From Octopus sinensis (Eukaryota), in NCBI RefSeq assembly GCF_006345805.1, contig NC_042999.1:78306001-78370000 (forward strand): a DNA stretch of 64,000 bases, in the 5' to 3' direction. Positions 37,427-51,043 of this stretch are shown here, one piece after another. The notes beneath the pieces were generated by a model. The model saw only the letters and a program-made list of their open reading frames with translations. It was not told where the DNA came from and searched no databases. How positions within the stretch are numbered: the first letter of the stretch is position 1; each line of letters starts with the position of its first letter. The position numbers and the translations under genes are program-made.

Positions 37427-39596
37427 CTGAAAGACACAAAATAAGACATTGAAAACAAATATATCCCAACTTGATACTAGGTGATAGCTCTTCATTTATA
37501 TTCTAGTTCAGGAAGTTTATAGTTTATGAAGGGTTACTCGCATGTGTGCACACGCACACACACACTTTAGTATATATATATTTCATCATTATCAGATATA
37601 GGAGTTTTGACCAAAATTTGAAATTAGCTTAAAAAAATGTCTTGGCACAAAGCTAATTCAGTATTTTTCTCAGACATATTTGAGTTTTTTTTCCTTATGT
37701 TTGTAAAACCAAACATATGCATGTTGGTAGGAAATGAGGAATGGTTTGAATAGTCATCATCTACTTTAACCACCTTCCACCACACTTTTCATTACTTCAA
37801 AAAAGACCCTTGACCGAAATGCCATATCTCACCTCTTTTTTTTTGCAGCGCACATATTTTATTTCAGAGAATTATATGAGATAACATTAGATGTACTTTT
37901 TAAGTGTAAATGTCAAATGCACTGGCTATTAGATGTAAGGTCGATGATGACGAAGTTGATGACCTTTATCTCAGAAGTTCAGCAACTCAACAATTAAAAA
38001 CATACTTATTAGACCTACATCTAAATCTAAATTTTTAATTAAAAACTCAGATAAATATTATTACTTAATTTTCCTTTAAACTGATTGAAACAATTTATCT
38101 ATGTCCTGCATAATGAGGTACAACAGAGCCTTAGCATGTTCAGTGGTTATATTTGCAGAGGTTGTTATGAATACAGTATATATTATCTACTGAAGTATTA
38201 CTGAAATAGTAATATTGTATCTGTGGATGTTATATCTTATATTATCAATTATTGATCAATGGAGGTTTATTACTCACTTAAGGAAAGATTGTTTTCTGAT
38301 TTACTACTGGTTGAGACAAGCAATAAACCTGGATATTTTTTCACAAGATCAGTGATTTAAATTTTGGAATATGATTTGTAAAATCAGATTTAAAATCAAG
38401 TTCCATGACATGCAATTGGGTAAAACTGAACATGTGGTGGTTACAATCGCATGAGATTAAATCGAGATGATTAGTCTTGGGGTAGAATGTTTAATTAAAA
38501 TTATAGGTATTGTTATGTTAAGATGTTCAAAAGAAAAGATTTTCAAAAAAGTTTCTAAATGAATTATTAAATTGATATGTTTGAATGGTACAGTTCTTGT
38601 AAAGAACTGTTTATAGCATTATTATCTTTAGTTCTTGAAATACAGAGAGTAAGCCTGACACACACGCAAAAATTGATGAGAGTCAGAATTTTGGTAACGT
38701 TTTATAACAGAAATAAATGCATATATGTTTAGGTATATGGCCGGAACAAGTAAAAGAGTGTGTCTATGTGTGTGGGTGTTGGATATTTAAAAAAATTAAT
38801 AGTGTATATTTTTCAATGCAAGTAAGTAGGATTGGACATATGAAAAAACGAATGTTGACCAGGGATCTGTATCAATTAACAGCATAATAGCATTTGATAC
38901 GTTTGTTTAATATCTGAAAAGATTTGACTTTTGGTAGTGATATGAATTAACAGATGTGTATAGACAGTATCTATACACATGGTCAATTATATCTGTGCAA
39001 GTTATTACTGACATGCTGATTGCATATCTTGACATTATTACTCAGGTAATGATTGTAAAGTTGTGGGTTCAATTCCTGAACCAGGGGGTACATTCTGTTC
39101 TTGAGCATGGTACTTTATTTTACATTGCTCCAGTCACTCAGCTGAAAATGAGTACCAGCTGACTGCTAATGTAGCTTTCTCCCCTTCCAATTGTGATGGG
39201 TCAGAGTGGGAGGGTCAAGAGAATGTCTATGCCTGTTTGCAACAGCAAATGCACCTAAAACAATAAATAAAAGTGTAGTACAAACTACCAAGTCATAATC
39301 ACATTGTGAGTAATGGCTAAGCATAATTGAATTATAATGAATATGAATCTTTGGTGGGTATTATATATAAATATATGCCAGTTGTTATAGCAGACATACA
39401 GTGTGAATTACAGCATGTGGTGGTTACTAACAGTACCTGTTGCAGTCAAGTACAATACCTATAGAGGTTAATATGCAATTAGTTGTATATCATGGCTACT
39501 GCATTGTTGTATCTGTTGTGCTTATACAGAATTCAATAATTAGATGAAACATCCTGTGAAACAGTGATGATGATGATTAATAAGAAACTGACCTAC

Positions 39597-39654
39597 CTGT
39601 CTGTTTATTTGTAGTTTACCCGCAGAAGTCATTCCATAAGAACGTAGACGTTCT
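39597..39654 (-). CDS. MAP2K4: MAP2K4 exon (58 nt), not in ORF track
   Basis: gtttcag|A GAA...CAG|gtaggt; (I)ERLRSYGMTSAGKLQINRQ, like human IERLRTHSIESSGKLKISPEQ; phases fit both neighbours. Confidence 0.9.
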
Positions 39655-40594
39655 CTGAAACATTAAAAAAGAAAAGTAAGATATAAAAATGTAGCAATAA
39701 AAACATCAGAAGAAAAACCATGTATAACTATAGTTATAGAAGAATAGTAATAATCATGAATTCACTGGATTAAGGAGGACCACCATGAATTTTGTCTTTG
39801 CATGGTGTATCTTAGACAAGTTGGCTTGACAGAATCTATGTCTCCAAACTGTATCAACAAGAGGAGTGAAACCAAGTACAACAACCTAATGAAATGTTTG
39901 TTAGTTTAACAGTCTTGTGGTCCTGTGATTGTTTACATCTATAAAAGTAGTTGTTTCTATTCTGCAGTACTCGATGGACAGACTGATTTGAGTTTTAGTA
40001 TCTGAGATAAGGAAACAATATGGTACCAATACCAGGAGATGGACCTCCAATTTCTTGTATGGTGGTCTAATATTCTTTGATTTTGCAAATTATGAAGTAA
40101 AAAGAAAAAGTTATTGCAATAGCATCAACATAGAACACATAGTGAGATGGTTGTTATTATTATAATATTCATCAGTTCAGACATTTGATGTCCTTCAGCA
40201 GCATGAGATTAACCCTTTGGTCATACCAGGATGTTCCTTCAGTAGCATTGGCACTAGAATATTCCTTCACAAGCATCAGGATAATGAAACACTGTTCATT
40301 TGTGATTTCTACATCAGTTATCTTCAGAGCTAAGTAACCTAAAACTGTTCTTTGATATTTATTGTACAAATTTGTTGTCTCTTCACAATACCACTGTTCG
40401 ACCTTTTCTCACTTTAAGCAATTGTAATGCTATAAATACCATTCATTCAACATGTACAACTCTAATAAGACAACAAAGTTGTCTTTATGTGATCCTATGA
40501 TCTGTTAGAAATAACAGCTAAATTACAGACAAATCATACCCCATTGTCTTAGAAGGAAACACACACTAGATATTGTAGCCCTAAATATGCAAAA

Positions 40595-40991
40595 GATAAA
40601 ATGATCAACCATCGTACAAACAATAACTCTGAGCACCTTTTCAAACTCCACCCATCTAACACCCGTAGACATATTTACAAAGTCAGAAAACAGCACAGCT
40701 CCCATGACTTTAGGAAACATTTTTTCACGCTAAGAGTTGCTGAAACATGGAACAAACTGCCGGCATCAGTTGTTAGTTGTCGGAGCACTGCATCCTTCAA
40801 AACTTCCATGCTTCCTGAGATTCGCCAACACTACACCTGATTTTCCTCCCCTCCATACACACACAAGCATGTATCTGACTCATGCATTGTTCGCTTTCCA
40901 GACATTTGTACATTACTGCATGTGCTTTATATGCACTGTCTGACAAGTTGTGGTGCACCTGAGCACTGTATACAATAATTTCATTATTATT
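40595..40991 (+). mobile_element. 5'-truncated CR1/L2-clade LINE 3' end
   Basis: Open frame HLFKLHPSNTRRHIYKVRKQHSSHDFRKHFFTLRVAETWNKLPASVV (TRGH...RV...WN.LP C-terminal motif), then 3' UTR and (ATT)n tail. Confidence 0.85.
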
Positions 40992-43900
40992 ATATAAAAT
41001 GATCATTGCTGGAATGTCTAATAGCCCTCTGGTAATAATTCTAAAAGAAGAAGAAGCCGCAACATCTGTTTTTCCTCAGCAGGATAGTTCAATTGTGTTT
41101 CCAAACAAGAGTCTTCTACACATAGAAACTGTGATGGTGAAAATAAAGACTTTCAGATAAAGAGCCCAACAACGAAGGGAGTTAACTTTTCATTACTAAC
41201 AGACATAACAAATTATTCCTCTTGCATTGTGTCCTCAATGAAAATGTCAAGGGTGTTCCATTTTAAATTCTATAAAAAAATCTCTCACTCACATACAAAG
41301 AAACCAAAAGTAAGAAAAACACTTATTGTATTTACTGCTAAAGAGAATGGTGAGTAACTAGTAAGTCATCATATAAGAGTCACGAAAGCTACTATGCCTT
41401 TGACAGGAAGGTAAAGGATAAAATAGTCGTTTAGGGTTAACATTATAAAGGATCAATCACAGATACTAATTTTGTCATGAGTAATTAACTAATGCACAAA
41501 AAATCAACCTAAAATAATAATGTTAATTACTTTCTATTGCAAAATGAAAGTATTATATTAAATATATATCTATATGTATTATGCTTATTAATTAGGTATA
41601 TAACAATTACTAAAAGAAAGCAATTACTAAAGGGTTGACTATCTGGAAATATTTTTATAAATTCATGTTCTAAGAAATTTCCTATAATTTCAATTTCCCA
41701 AGTTTATTGAATTTTTAAACTCCAATTTCTCGCAAATTTAAATATTCATTGCATTTACTGCATCCGATTCTTCACAAATTTAAATATTCATTGCATTCAC
41801 TACGAGGTATTCCATTTTCCTTTGCAAAGTCTTTCACTTACTCTTTTAAGTTTAAATTTGCTATTCGAGAAACCGATAGTTTATTCTATTAATGTATATG
41901 TAATGTAAAAACATTATTTATTGAATGAAAATTTTTTAAAATACCCATATAATTTTTAAAAGTGGGATAGCTGTAAGAAGAGTCTTGAAAGTTGGGTAAT
42001 TACTATTAGAAGATGAGGAGAAAAAAAGTTACCAAGTACTCGAAACTTGCTTCTTATTCACAGTTTCCAAACATTCTATACCACTAAGCCAATATATACA
42101 CAAGTTGCATGAGCAACTTCAACAGTGACACATACACCAATACACACTTGCACACACACACATAGCTACACATACACACAAATGAAAGGCAATGAATGCG
42201 CGTGTGCGTGCGCTGTTCACTGACAAAACTTTGTGCTGCATTACTTTTATGAAGTTTTGTCAGTGAACAGGTTGTGGCTTTGAAGCAAAGAAAATATTTT
42301 GACACAAATGAAATTTTAACAGTTTTTGTGTGTTCTTAAATGGCTTTTAAACATCTTCCACACTGCAATTGTTTTTGTTTCAGCACACGATCTCAGATCA
42401 AGTCACTTGCTGTGCAAATACATCCCCGTAATATTTAAAAATCACTGTGGATAAATGCCAGCAATTACCTCATGCTCTCCAATATTTTAATTTCTAAACA
42501 GAAACAATTGGGGACAGGGAGTCGGGTTGCAAAAAGATTCATAATTTCTCAAATTTTCTTTTTATAGCATATAAATGTATTTATGGTGAGAAAATATTGA
42601 AAAACATCAATACATGCGAGAGTGATAAAGAAATGAGGAGGGCTGTCTTTGGATGTGCTAGAAACAACAGCCAAATCGCCCTTAAATCACTCACTTTTCC
42701 TTCTGAAAATATTAATTTTTTTTTAAACTGAAAATGCTCTTCTCATGGTTTTGAAGTGCAAAATAAAAATAAAAATTGCCAAAATAGGTCCGGAGTGGGA
42801 TGATGAGAGAGAAGGGTGTAAAAAAAAGTTTTCGAAACTTTTTTCACACAAAGATGCCCTCCACCCAAACCCCATCATTTCAAAGGCTATGGTTTAAAAA
42901 AAAAAAATGGCAAAAATCCCCCCTTCCAATTTCCTCCACAAATTTCTTTATAATCGTAATTTATGCCATTTGAAAGGGATTTGTATAAATTTTCATTAAA
43001 AGATACCCATCTTCCTGAAAGTTATGATGGAAAAAAGTCAGATTGTGTGAATTTACTGAAACTCTTCTCTCCATTCCCTTGGAAAAATTATTTCCCATAA
43101 ATCCCTATATACTCTGAAGCCACAACATCTAAGCAGTATTTGTAGAAAATTTTGTTATAAAGTATCCATTTTTCTGGATGTTATGAGGCAACAAAGTTGG
43201 AGGCATATACATCTGTGTAGTAATGCCCTTTTATTTATACAATATTTTCATTTCATGTTTATTTATTCATGTTTGCAATATTCTCTCTCCCTCCCCCTCT
43301 CTCTAACACACACTGCAAAGCTTACAGATGTTGCTTTGAAGGGAAGGTAAAACTTGACTAACTGATTCTCCCTCAGTTGTTGGACTACCATGATGTTTGT
43401 TTATAAAAGAGATATTATGACTGTAATAAAATAATGAAAGCAATATTTACTAAGCAAGCGAGCACTATTATACAAAGAAATAATTAGATGTAAAATATAA
43501 AAATCATTAGAATTGGGAATCAAATGAGAAAATATTATCAAGAGGCTAGCAGAAAACTATCCAGAGAGCAGTCGTTCTGCTAGTAATATATAATAAATTT
43601 CAGAGATATATAACCTGTTAACTATTAAAAGCATTTATCTATGTATATATAAGAATGGCAGATCTCTTAAAGAAAATGTATATGAGAGGGGTTACTGCAA
43701 AGTTCTTGGCTTTGGATAACAGAAAATGCAATACAAGAGGATCAGTTAATTATGATTTTATTCCCCTCTCAGATTCACACATTGCAGTGGTCCTTCAGTT
43801 TTTCTAAGCCCTGTAAAAGAACTTGGAAGGTTGGGCCTCCAATTAGGCCTTTTGCAATACCCTTAATTTTTCAGCACCCCTCGTATTTCTTGAAGAGATC

Positions 43901-46850
43901 AATCATTCTTTTTAGCATAAAAGAAAGGTTAAGACATTGTAAGGACATAGGAATTCAGCAAACCTAGTTAACCAAACCTGTGGATCAAAATATTCCTCTC
44001 ACTACTTGGTAACTAAAGCAACTTTGTCATAGGTACGACATACCTTGATAGAAGCTTCTAAATTAACTCTGTAAACTGAGATCCAGCTAACTGTACTTTT
44101 TGTTTAATTCTATTTCAGATTTGATGTTATGGTTTTTTTTATTGCTCTAATAAGTTTTACGTATGGAATTTTCATGCTGACAAAAACTGCTTCTGCAACT
44201 TTCAATGTTTGCATGAATTAAGCACATTTTGAAATTTATTTTTAACATACTGAGAGTCGTTTCTAAAGACTTGAGCACCCAACTATAAAAAAAAAAGAAA
44301 AGAAAAATGTTTGTAGGTAAGTGAAATCACACTCACCTCCATAAACCACTTAACCAACTACAATAACAATTATATAGTTAATTATATACGATAATTTAGT
44401 AAATTTACTTTGCTAATGCATATCTACAACTCTAATTATCAGCCAAGATTCTAATTACAAATTACAATATAAGAGCTAAAACAAACAAACAAACAAACAA
44501 AAGAAAACAGAAACCAAGAAAAAAAAAAAAAAGTCAGAACTTAAAATATATATACATGCCAGCAGCATAATAAGCATGTAAGTCAAATTATAGTGTGTAT
44601 GAGAATTGAAGGTTATAGGCTATACAAATTGTCGAGTAGGTGAGAGAAATTTACTGCAGGAGTAGAGCACTAGATTGACACTTTAACTGATTACCATGCA
44701 CCACAGCAAAGATCTGTTACATTTTCTTAAAGTGAATTAAAAAAAAGAAAATAAAGAAACGGTAGATATAATTGTCTTTTCCAGAGCTATAATAAAGCAC
44801 TTGTGCATGGTATGAACCAGAAGTTGGTAGTACTATATAACTTTGCATAATTATTTCACCTTTATAGCATTCTGATACAACAAAACATTGTGGAAATTCT
44901 AAAGGTACAAAGCATGTTCAGCAACTTCAAAGATACTAACTTGAAACCCCATTAGAGAATACATCATAAGATCAATAGTGTTAGCAAACAGAAGTGTATT
45001 TTTCACTGATATAACTAGTACACTCAGGTGGCTTTAAACAAAGGTAACTCCTTATTAAACTTTTTGTTACTGAAATACATATATACATGTGAAAACCAGG
45101 CAGGCAGGCTAGTTTGAATTAGCATGGAGATCTGCAACATATGGTGATAAATTAAAACTTAGTAAAAGTTTCAGACATTTTAACAATATTTTTTTCAAAT
45201 TCAATACCATATTTTCCCGTATACAAGTTGATGTATATAGTGCAAACATTCAAACATTGTCACTATCTTTTCAAATCCTGCTTCATTTCACACTGAAATT
45301 TTAGTCTTCTAAAATCATCTTGGTGTATAAGTTGATTTACCTTTTAGAGCTGTAAAAGTTTTGTCTAAAAAAAAATCAACTTGTATGCTGGAAAATACAG
45401 TATAGCAGTTTTATATTTAGACATTTATTTAAATATTATGGTACCAGGTATTTTGATAGTAAGATGTCTGACCGGCTTCTACATTAACATCTGCATTGAT
45501 CATACCATTCATGAGGGTCTGCAAAGGCTATGGACACTGATCTTTTCCTTCAGACCTTCTAAGTTTATTGAGATAACAAAAGAGCCTCTACATAGTTACT
45601 TGACTTGCCAAAAACAACAGTTCAAATCACATCTTTCAAGCTTAAAGAAAAAGAAAAAAAGACACTGGCTAATGTAGTTCTTAAAATGGGAAGAGAAGGT
45701 CACAGCTGAAAATCAGTGCTGATCAGGAACTAAACAACAACAAACTAATAAAGGTGTCTCTATACAGTTGCTTGATCTGGTAAAAATAACAAGCAAATTT
45801 CACTCAAATCATAAACAACATCTTACAAAAACGAAGGACACACTGAATTATGTCATCCTAGATGCACTATATCTACCTGAAAAATAAGTGGGTCTGCTTG
45901 ATCAGAGGTGACAAAGGCTAAACAACAAAAACTGTGATGTATGACTGGAACATGTTTCGATGTAGAATAATGAGATTTAGCTAAAAGAGTTCAATTTCAT
46001 AGTTGGAAGCAAATTTTGAACCAATTTCCAACAATGTGGTTAGTATGCTAAAATCTGAAATTAAAAGTAACTGATGACTGATGGTAGTGTGCATTCACTA
46101 ATGTAGCTAGGAGGGAGTGGTGTGGACACTTTCCATCCTGTTGTAGGCTACAGCTGTAGGCAATATGTGTTTTTTGTGGGGTCTGGGGGTGGAAAATGGA
46201 AGGACTGCCCTGGGTGGCACACACACTAGCTATGCTAGTGTGTGCATTGCCAAAACTCTATAAAACTTAGAGGAAAAAAAATTTGAAGTTGATTTGCCAT
46301 GTTTAATTGTTTTGGACCTTAAACATACTACCACATCAGTAGTTAACTGATCTCTATAGGCTGTGATTAGTGTTAAGAATGACATACAGTTATAACTCCC
46401 TCACCCTGTACCTGCTCTAGTTATACACTGATGTGTAAAAAGGAATAATGAACAATATATGACATTGTGACCACACCTTCTGTCAATGTGGTGACATATG
46501 TTCAATATCTGATAGGTCAGCTTAACACATGCAAGTATGAAATAACAAAACTTTTAAAGAACATCAAGAAAAAGTTGCTGAAAGAATAACAATGATGATT
46601 GACAATATGATAACAATGACGAGAACTATGATAATATAGTAACTACAATAGCTATACAATAACATGATGAGACTATGATATAACTACGATGACAACATGA
46701 TAAATATGATATGATATGCAACGACAATACAGTAAATATAATGATGATGAATGTATTTTTTGGTGTCATTAATTAACTTGTTGAAAAACAACAAAAACAT
46801 CAACTGATAGTGGGACTCTATACATAAAGTAGAGTGAAGTTTTATCAATA

Positions 46851-46885
46851 ACTAGCTGAATTACCCAGTGTTGCCCAGGATACTG
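46851..46885 (+). mobile_element. Possible Helitron/Helentron-type non-autonomous element end
   Basis: ACTAGCTGAATTACCCAGTGTTGCCCAGG resembles the common 'ACTAG..ACCCG..TTGCCCGG' terminus; other end unclear. Confidence 0.3.
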
Positions 46886-47724
46886 CTGTTCTTATTCAGA
46901 TTAGTAAACAATAAATATGAAGATTTTTTTCTCGTAATTATTTCAAAATATCTATATTTTATTAAAAAAATACCCAAATTGTAATGATAATAGAATTTAG
47001 AACAGAAAATCTGTTCATCTTGAAGCACCTCAGGGTAAACAATATTCATTGTGCAATTTTTTGTTGGTGTCCAAATGAATAAATTGGTGCTGCTTCCAAC
47101 TCATGAGCAACCAACATAGAGTTGGCCATGGTAGAAGCATGTAGTAGAGAGATGAAGTCCTACTACCTGGAGGGGATTGACCCTGAGATTTGTTAACTGA
47201 AATACCAAAACTTAGTTTGACTGGAAACTGAAGCCTCTTAAATTCAAAAGGAACATCTGTAAGTATGAGAGGAAAATTTTGGAATAAAGACATTTTCTTC
47301 TTTGTGACTACCTGCTATGATTGCTGCCTATAGGACATGGGGCTTTATGGAAGTAACAATTAAGTGAGTTGCATTACACAGTGAGGTGGGTCAAGATTCC
47401 TAAGCAACATAATGGGAGCACTCAGTTTTAGTGTCAAGTTATGCAGTGGCATCCCAGTGGGATTAAGTGTGTTCAGAAATTCAACAGGGTATTGATGGAA
47501 AAGTCATTTCTGATGTATCAGTTAACTTTTGAAGAAGTTCATGATTAAGTTTATCAACCATTTCATTAGTTGGAGCCAGTAGAGTTCTTTCACATAATCA
47601 GTATACATCAGTGTAATTGACAATCCCACTTTCACCCTTACACACATACACTGACACACATATATACACTCACATATATTAAGACAAACACACATAAACA
47701 TACATTTACGTAACGAATGCACAA

Positions 47725-48055
47725 ACACACACATACTCATATACAAAATGTCATCATAGTAGTGGTATGAAATGTCCTTTACTATCTTGTACCTAACAAA
47801 TGCACATACACACATTCACAAACACACACACACTCAGATGCAAAATGTGACATTGTTGTCGTCATCATGGTATAAAATGTTCTTTACTATCTCGTATGTA
47901 TCAAACACACAAACACATACACACTCAGATACAAAATGTGTCACGGTGGTAGGGGTATAAAATGTCCTTTACTACGTTGCATGTAATGAACACGCAAACA
48001 CACATCATATACAAAATATGATGTCGTGGTAGTGGAATAAAATGTCCCTTACTAT
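47725..48055. repeat. Diverged tandem repeat, ~90-105 bp x ~4
   Basis: Recurrent 'atacaaaatg...ggtataaaatgtcctttactat' separated by (CA)-rich linkers. Confidence 0.85.
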
Positions 48056-48737
48056 AATTGCCTATAGAAAGATTATTTTTGGAAAAATATTATATTGTTT
48101 TAATCCAAATGAAAATAAAAATTACATGCTGATACTCATGGGGTCTAATCCTATTACCTTGTAAAATTTGATTTGATTTGCTCAAGCCATTTGAGAATGA
48201 TATGATGTAATTAACAATGCTGATGAATACGATGAAACTAGAATAAATGACAATAGTAGTAAAGATGATACCAATGTAATAACAATGAAGAGGTTGAAAA
48301 TTATGATAGTTTGTTAATTATGTATAAAGTATGAGACAAGTGTAGTTTAAGGTCTTAGTTTGGGACATCCTTTGTACTTTATCCCCTAATTTATTAAGCT
48401 TCAACTTATATTTTTGTTTTCATTATGAGCTTTTCTTCATAGCTTCTTTATCCACATGAGTTTACAGATGATCCAGGTGTCATTACTCCACCTTTATTAT
48501 GCACACATATTTTAGCAAATACAACCAAACCAACATGAAAGATTAAGTAAATCTTCATGAAATTTGAAAACATAATCATGATTTAAAGAAATAAATGTGA
48601 AGTCAAATAATCTTCCTCAAATTTCTATATTGAATTAATTCAAACTAAGCTATTGTAGTTATCCCTATCTCCTAGATTAGAAAGGCCTATAAAAGCCAAG
48701 GATGTTTTCTCTTCTATTCAGAATAACTTTTTTTTTC

Positions 48738-48768
<31 letters not shown>

Positions 48769-50946
48769 CATATTTTTTAGAGTTGGTGTAAATGTCACCT
48801 CACTCAACACATCAATAAATTTTGATATTGTATTGTATTGTTGGAACAATTGATTTTTTTCTCTTTATAGTTGGTTATTCCTTTATATTATTCATCAGTG
48901 AAGGGAAGCTTCTTACTTGTTTGTCAACTAGGCAGACTTAGCAGAAACAATGTGACTTGTTCAGGGCAGTAGTAGCAGCAGTGCTTCTACATCAGAAAGT
49001 ATTTTACACTAAGTCAGGCTATTTTACCTCAATACCAAGTGGATTTAAGGTTAGAATATTACATGTAGCAGTTGACTGAACATTGTTGTAAATAGTTTCA
49101 TAGAATAAAGAAGTGCAGGCATGGTTGAATAGTTGTGAAGTTTACTTCATAATCACATGATTTCAGGTTTGGTCCTACTGTGCTGCCCTTTGGGCAAGGA
49201 TCAACTATAGCCTTGACTAATGTCTTGTAAATGGAATCAATAGATGGAAACTAAGAGGAGGCCAGTGTAATTGTGTGTCATTTGTGTGTGTACTCATTAA
49301 CATAATTTCAAAAAAATATGGTGTCTTTGTTAGCTTTCTCCAGTAAGGAAAAATCCTGTAGTTTCAGCAATTTTATTGTTTTTGATGTGTGAAGATAAGG
49401 GGAATGAAAATACTTTATTGGAAAACAAGTAAGTGTTTGCAATAGAAAGAATATCCAACCTGAGAAAATCTGCCTTATGGTTTAAACCACATGTTAGAAA
49501 GATGATGGTGATGAAAGACATAAAATACTGAGTGATGTAAACTGCTGATGCATTGTAGTAATTTCTTAGTGCTAGGTAGATAACAGGAGCATAGAGTAAA
49601 CAAGTCATGAAATAGTTTGGAATAGTGAAATTTTTATATTTCAAGGGGATGTATCTTCATATCTTACTCAAGTCACAATTTTCCCATCAAATTCTAATAT
49701 TTCCAAATAAAATGTATTTCTTTATCGTCTATTTACAGGACCTGTTCCCTTTTCTCTGGCAATGCTTGCAAGGAGGAACATTTCCAAGAGCATCTGTTAC
49801 AGCAGTTGAGATCATACTTAACTGACACAAGACTTCAATACATTCCCTAGCACTGAACTAAAATGTTGTACACTTTAAATAACGTTTCTAAAGAACTAGG
49901 TTTTAATTTGTCATAATTTATGGACAACAAACTCTACTATTAGAACAGTTGTAGTAGTAACTACTATACTGACATTAGTAAGATGTCAGTAGTCTTTGTC
50001 CCATAAAGGTCGACACATTGATGACAAACTCTACAGAAAGAGTAGATAAATGTCATAACAACTGTACAGCTATCATGTAGCTCAATGATGAAATAGCTCT
50101 ACAGTTAACACTACTATAGTATTAGGATCAACTTTCAGTCGTCTTACTATGCTTGTCATTAGGCTATTGGGAGTAATGCCACTGCTATAAATGAAACTAC
50201 TGTATGAACCAATGAGAAGAGGTTGTAAGTGGTTGTTTGATTTGCTTGAAATAGCAGCCAAGTCTCCATTAAATAATTCCTTATAGATGATGATACTATA
50301 ATATCATTACTTGAATATTATAGTATTGGTGCATTGTTTGTGTGCTTTGCAGTAGGTCACAAAAGATCATGGGAATACTGTTATAACTGAACACAGCAAT
50401 GCTAGATTTAAAATTAAAATAAAACTAGACAGAAAAATACTTATTGATAGCACTACCATCCTATATTGAATTCCACAAAAAGTAAATACATAAATAACAA
50501 TAAAAAATGAATAACTAGAATAACTATGGTAGGTTTATTCATAGTAAAATACAAATAAAAAAAATCAACACAGATATAGCACATGTGAAATAAACCATGG
50601 AATTTATCAAAAGTTAACCAATGAACAATTTTAAATATATCATTAACGATCTTCATCAGTTGTAACATTATTCTCATGCCAGTACTACAATTTCATTTAG
50701 ATTATTTAGATAATGGAATCAAGATATGTTGAAATGCCAATGGACTTAGGAACATTATCGTTCAAAACTAAACAAAGAATCCATGAGGAAATATGAAAAT
50801 TTGTTAATATAAATAAAAGAAATAAACATGAAACATGGTTGTGTCTTCAATACAACATGCCTAAAAGAGAAACTGTTTCTTATTGCCATTGATACAACAG
50901 TAGCTGAAAAGGTATGACTGTAAAAGAAAAAAAAGGGCCAACTCAC

Positions 50947-51043
50947 ATTTGCGTCCGGTGCCCCAGATCACCCAGTGTTGACTTTCGGCCATTGTTAATA
51001 TGGCTGAAGTCAAGCCGTAGTTTCTGGCGTTTTTCTCCCGGAG
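50947..51043 (-). CDS. MAP2K4: MAP2K4 exon (97 nt) with MAPK-docking D-site, not in ORF track in the coding frame
   Basis: tttttcag|CT CCG...CAA AT|gtgagt; PGEKRQKLRLDFSHINNGRKSTLGDLGHRTQ(I); KRQKLRLDF matches human KRKALKLNF; AT+A forms Ile across the intron. Confidence 0.88.

Noticed and set aside
38950-39180. tRNA gene candidate (GGTTCAATTCC B-box)
   Set aside because: No cloverleaf or acceptor stem; the context matches SINE-like repeats seen elsewhere in the window.
43735-43821. Good minus-strand acceptor (ttcttttacag) as a possible extra MAP2K4 exon
   Set aside because: The required phase gives an immediate stop (G GCT TAG); no clear donor and no homology. It could only be a poison exon, and nothing supports that.
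49700-49825. Plus-strand acceptor-like site (tctatttacag) and ORF, possible antisense exon
   Set aside because: No homology, no partner exon or donor; such motifs are frequent in AT-rich DNA.
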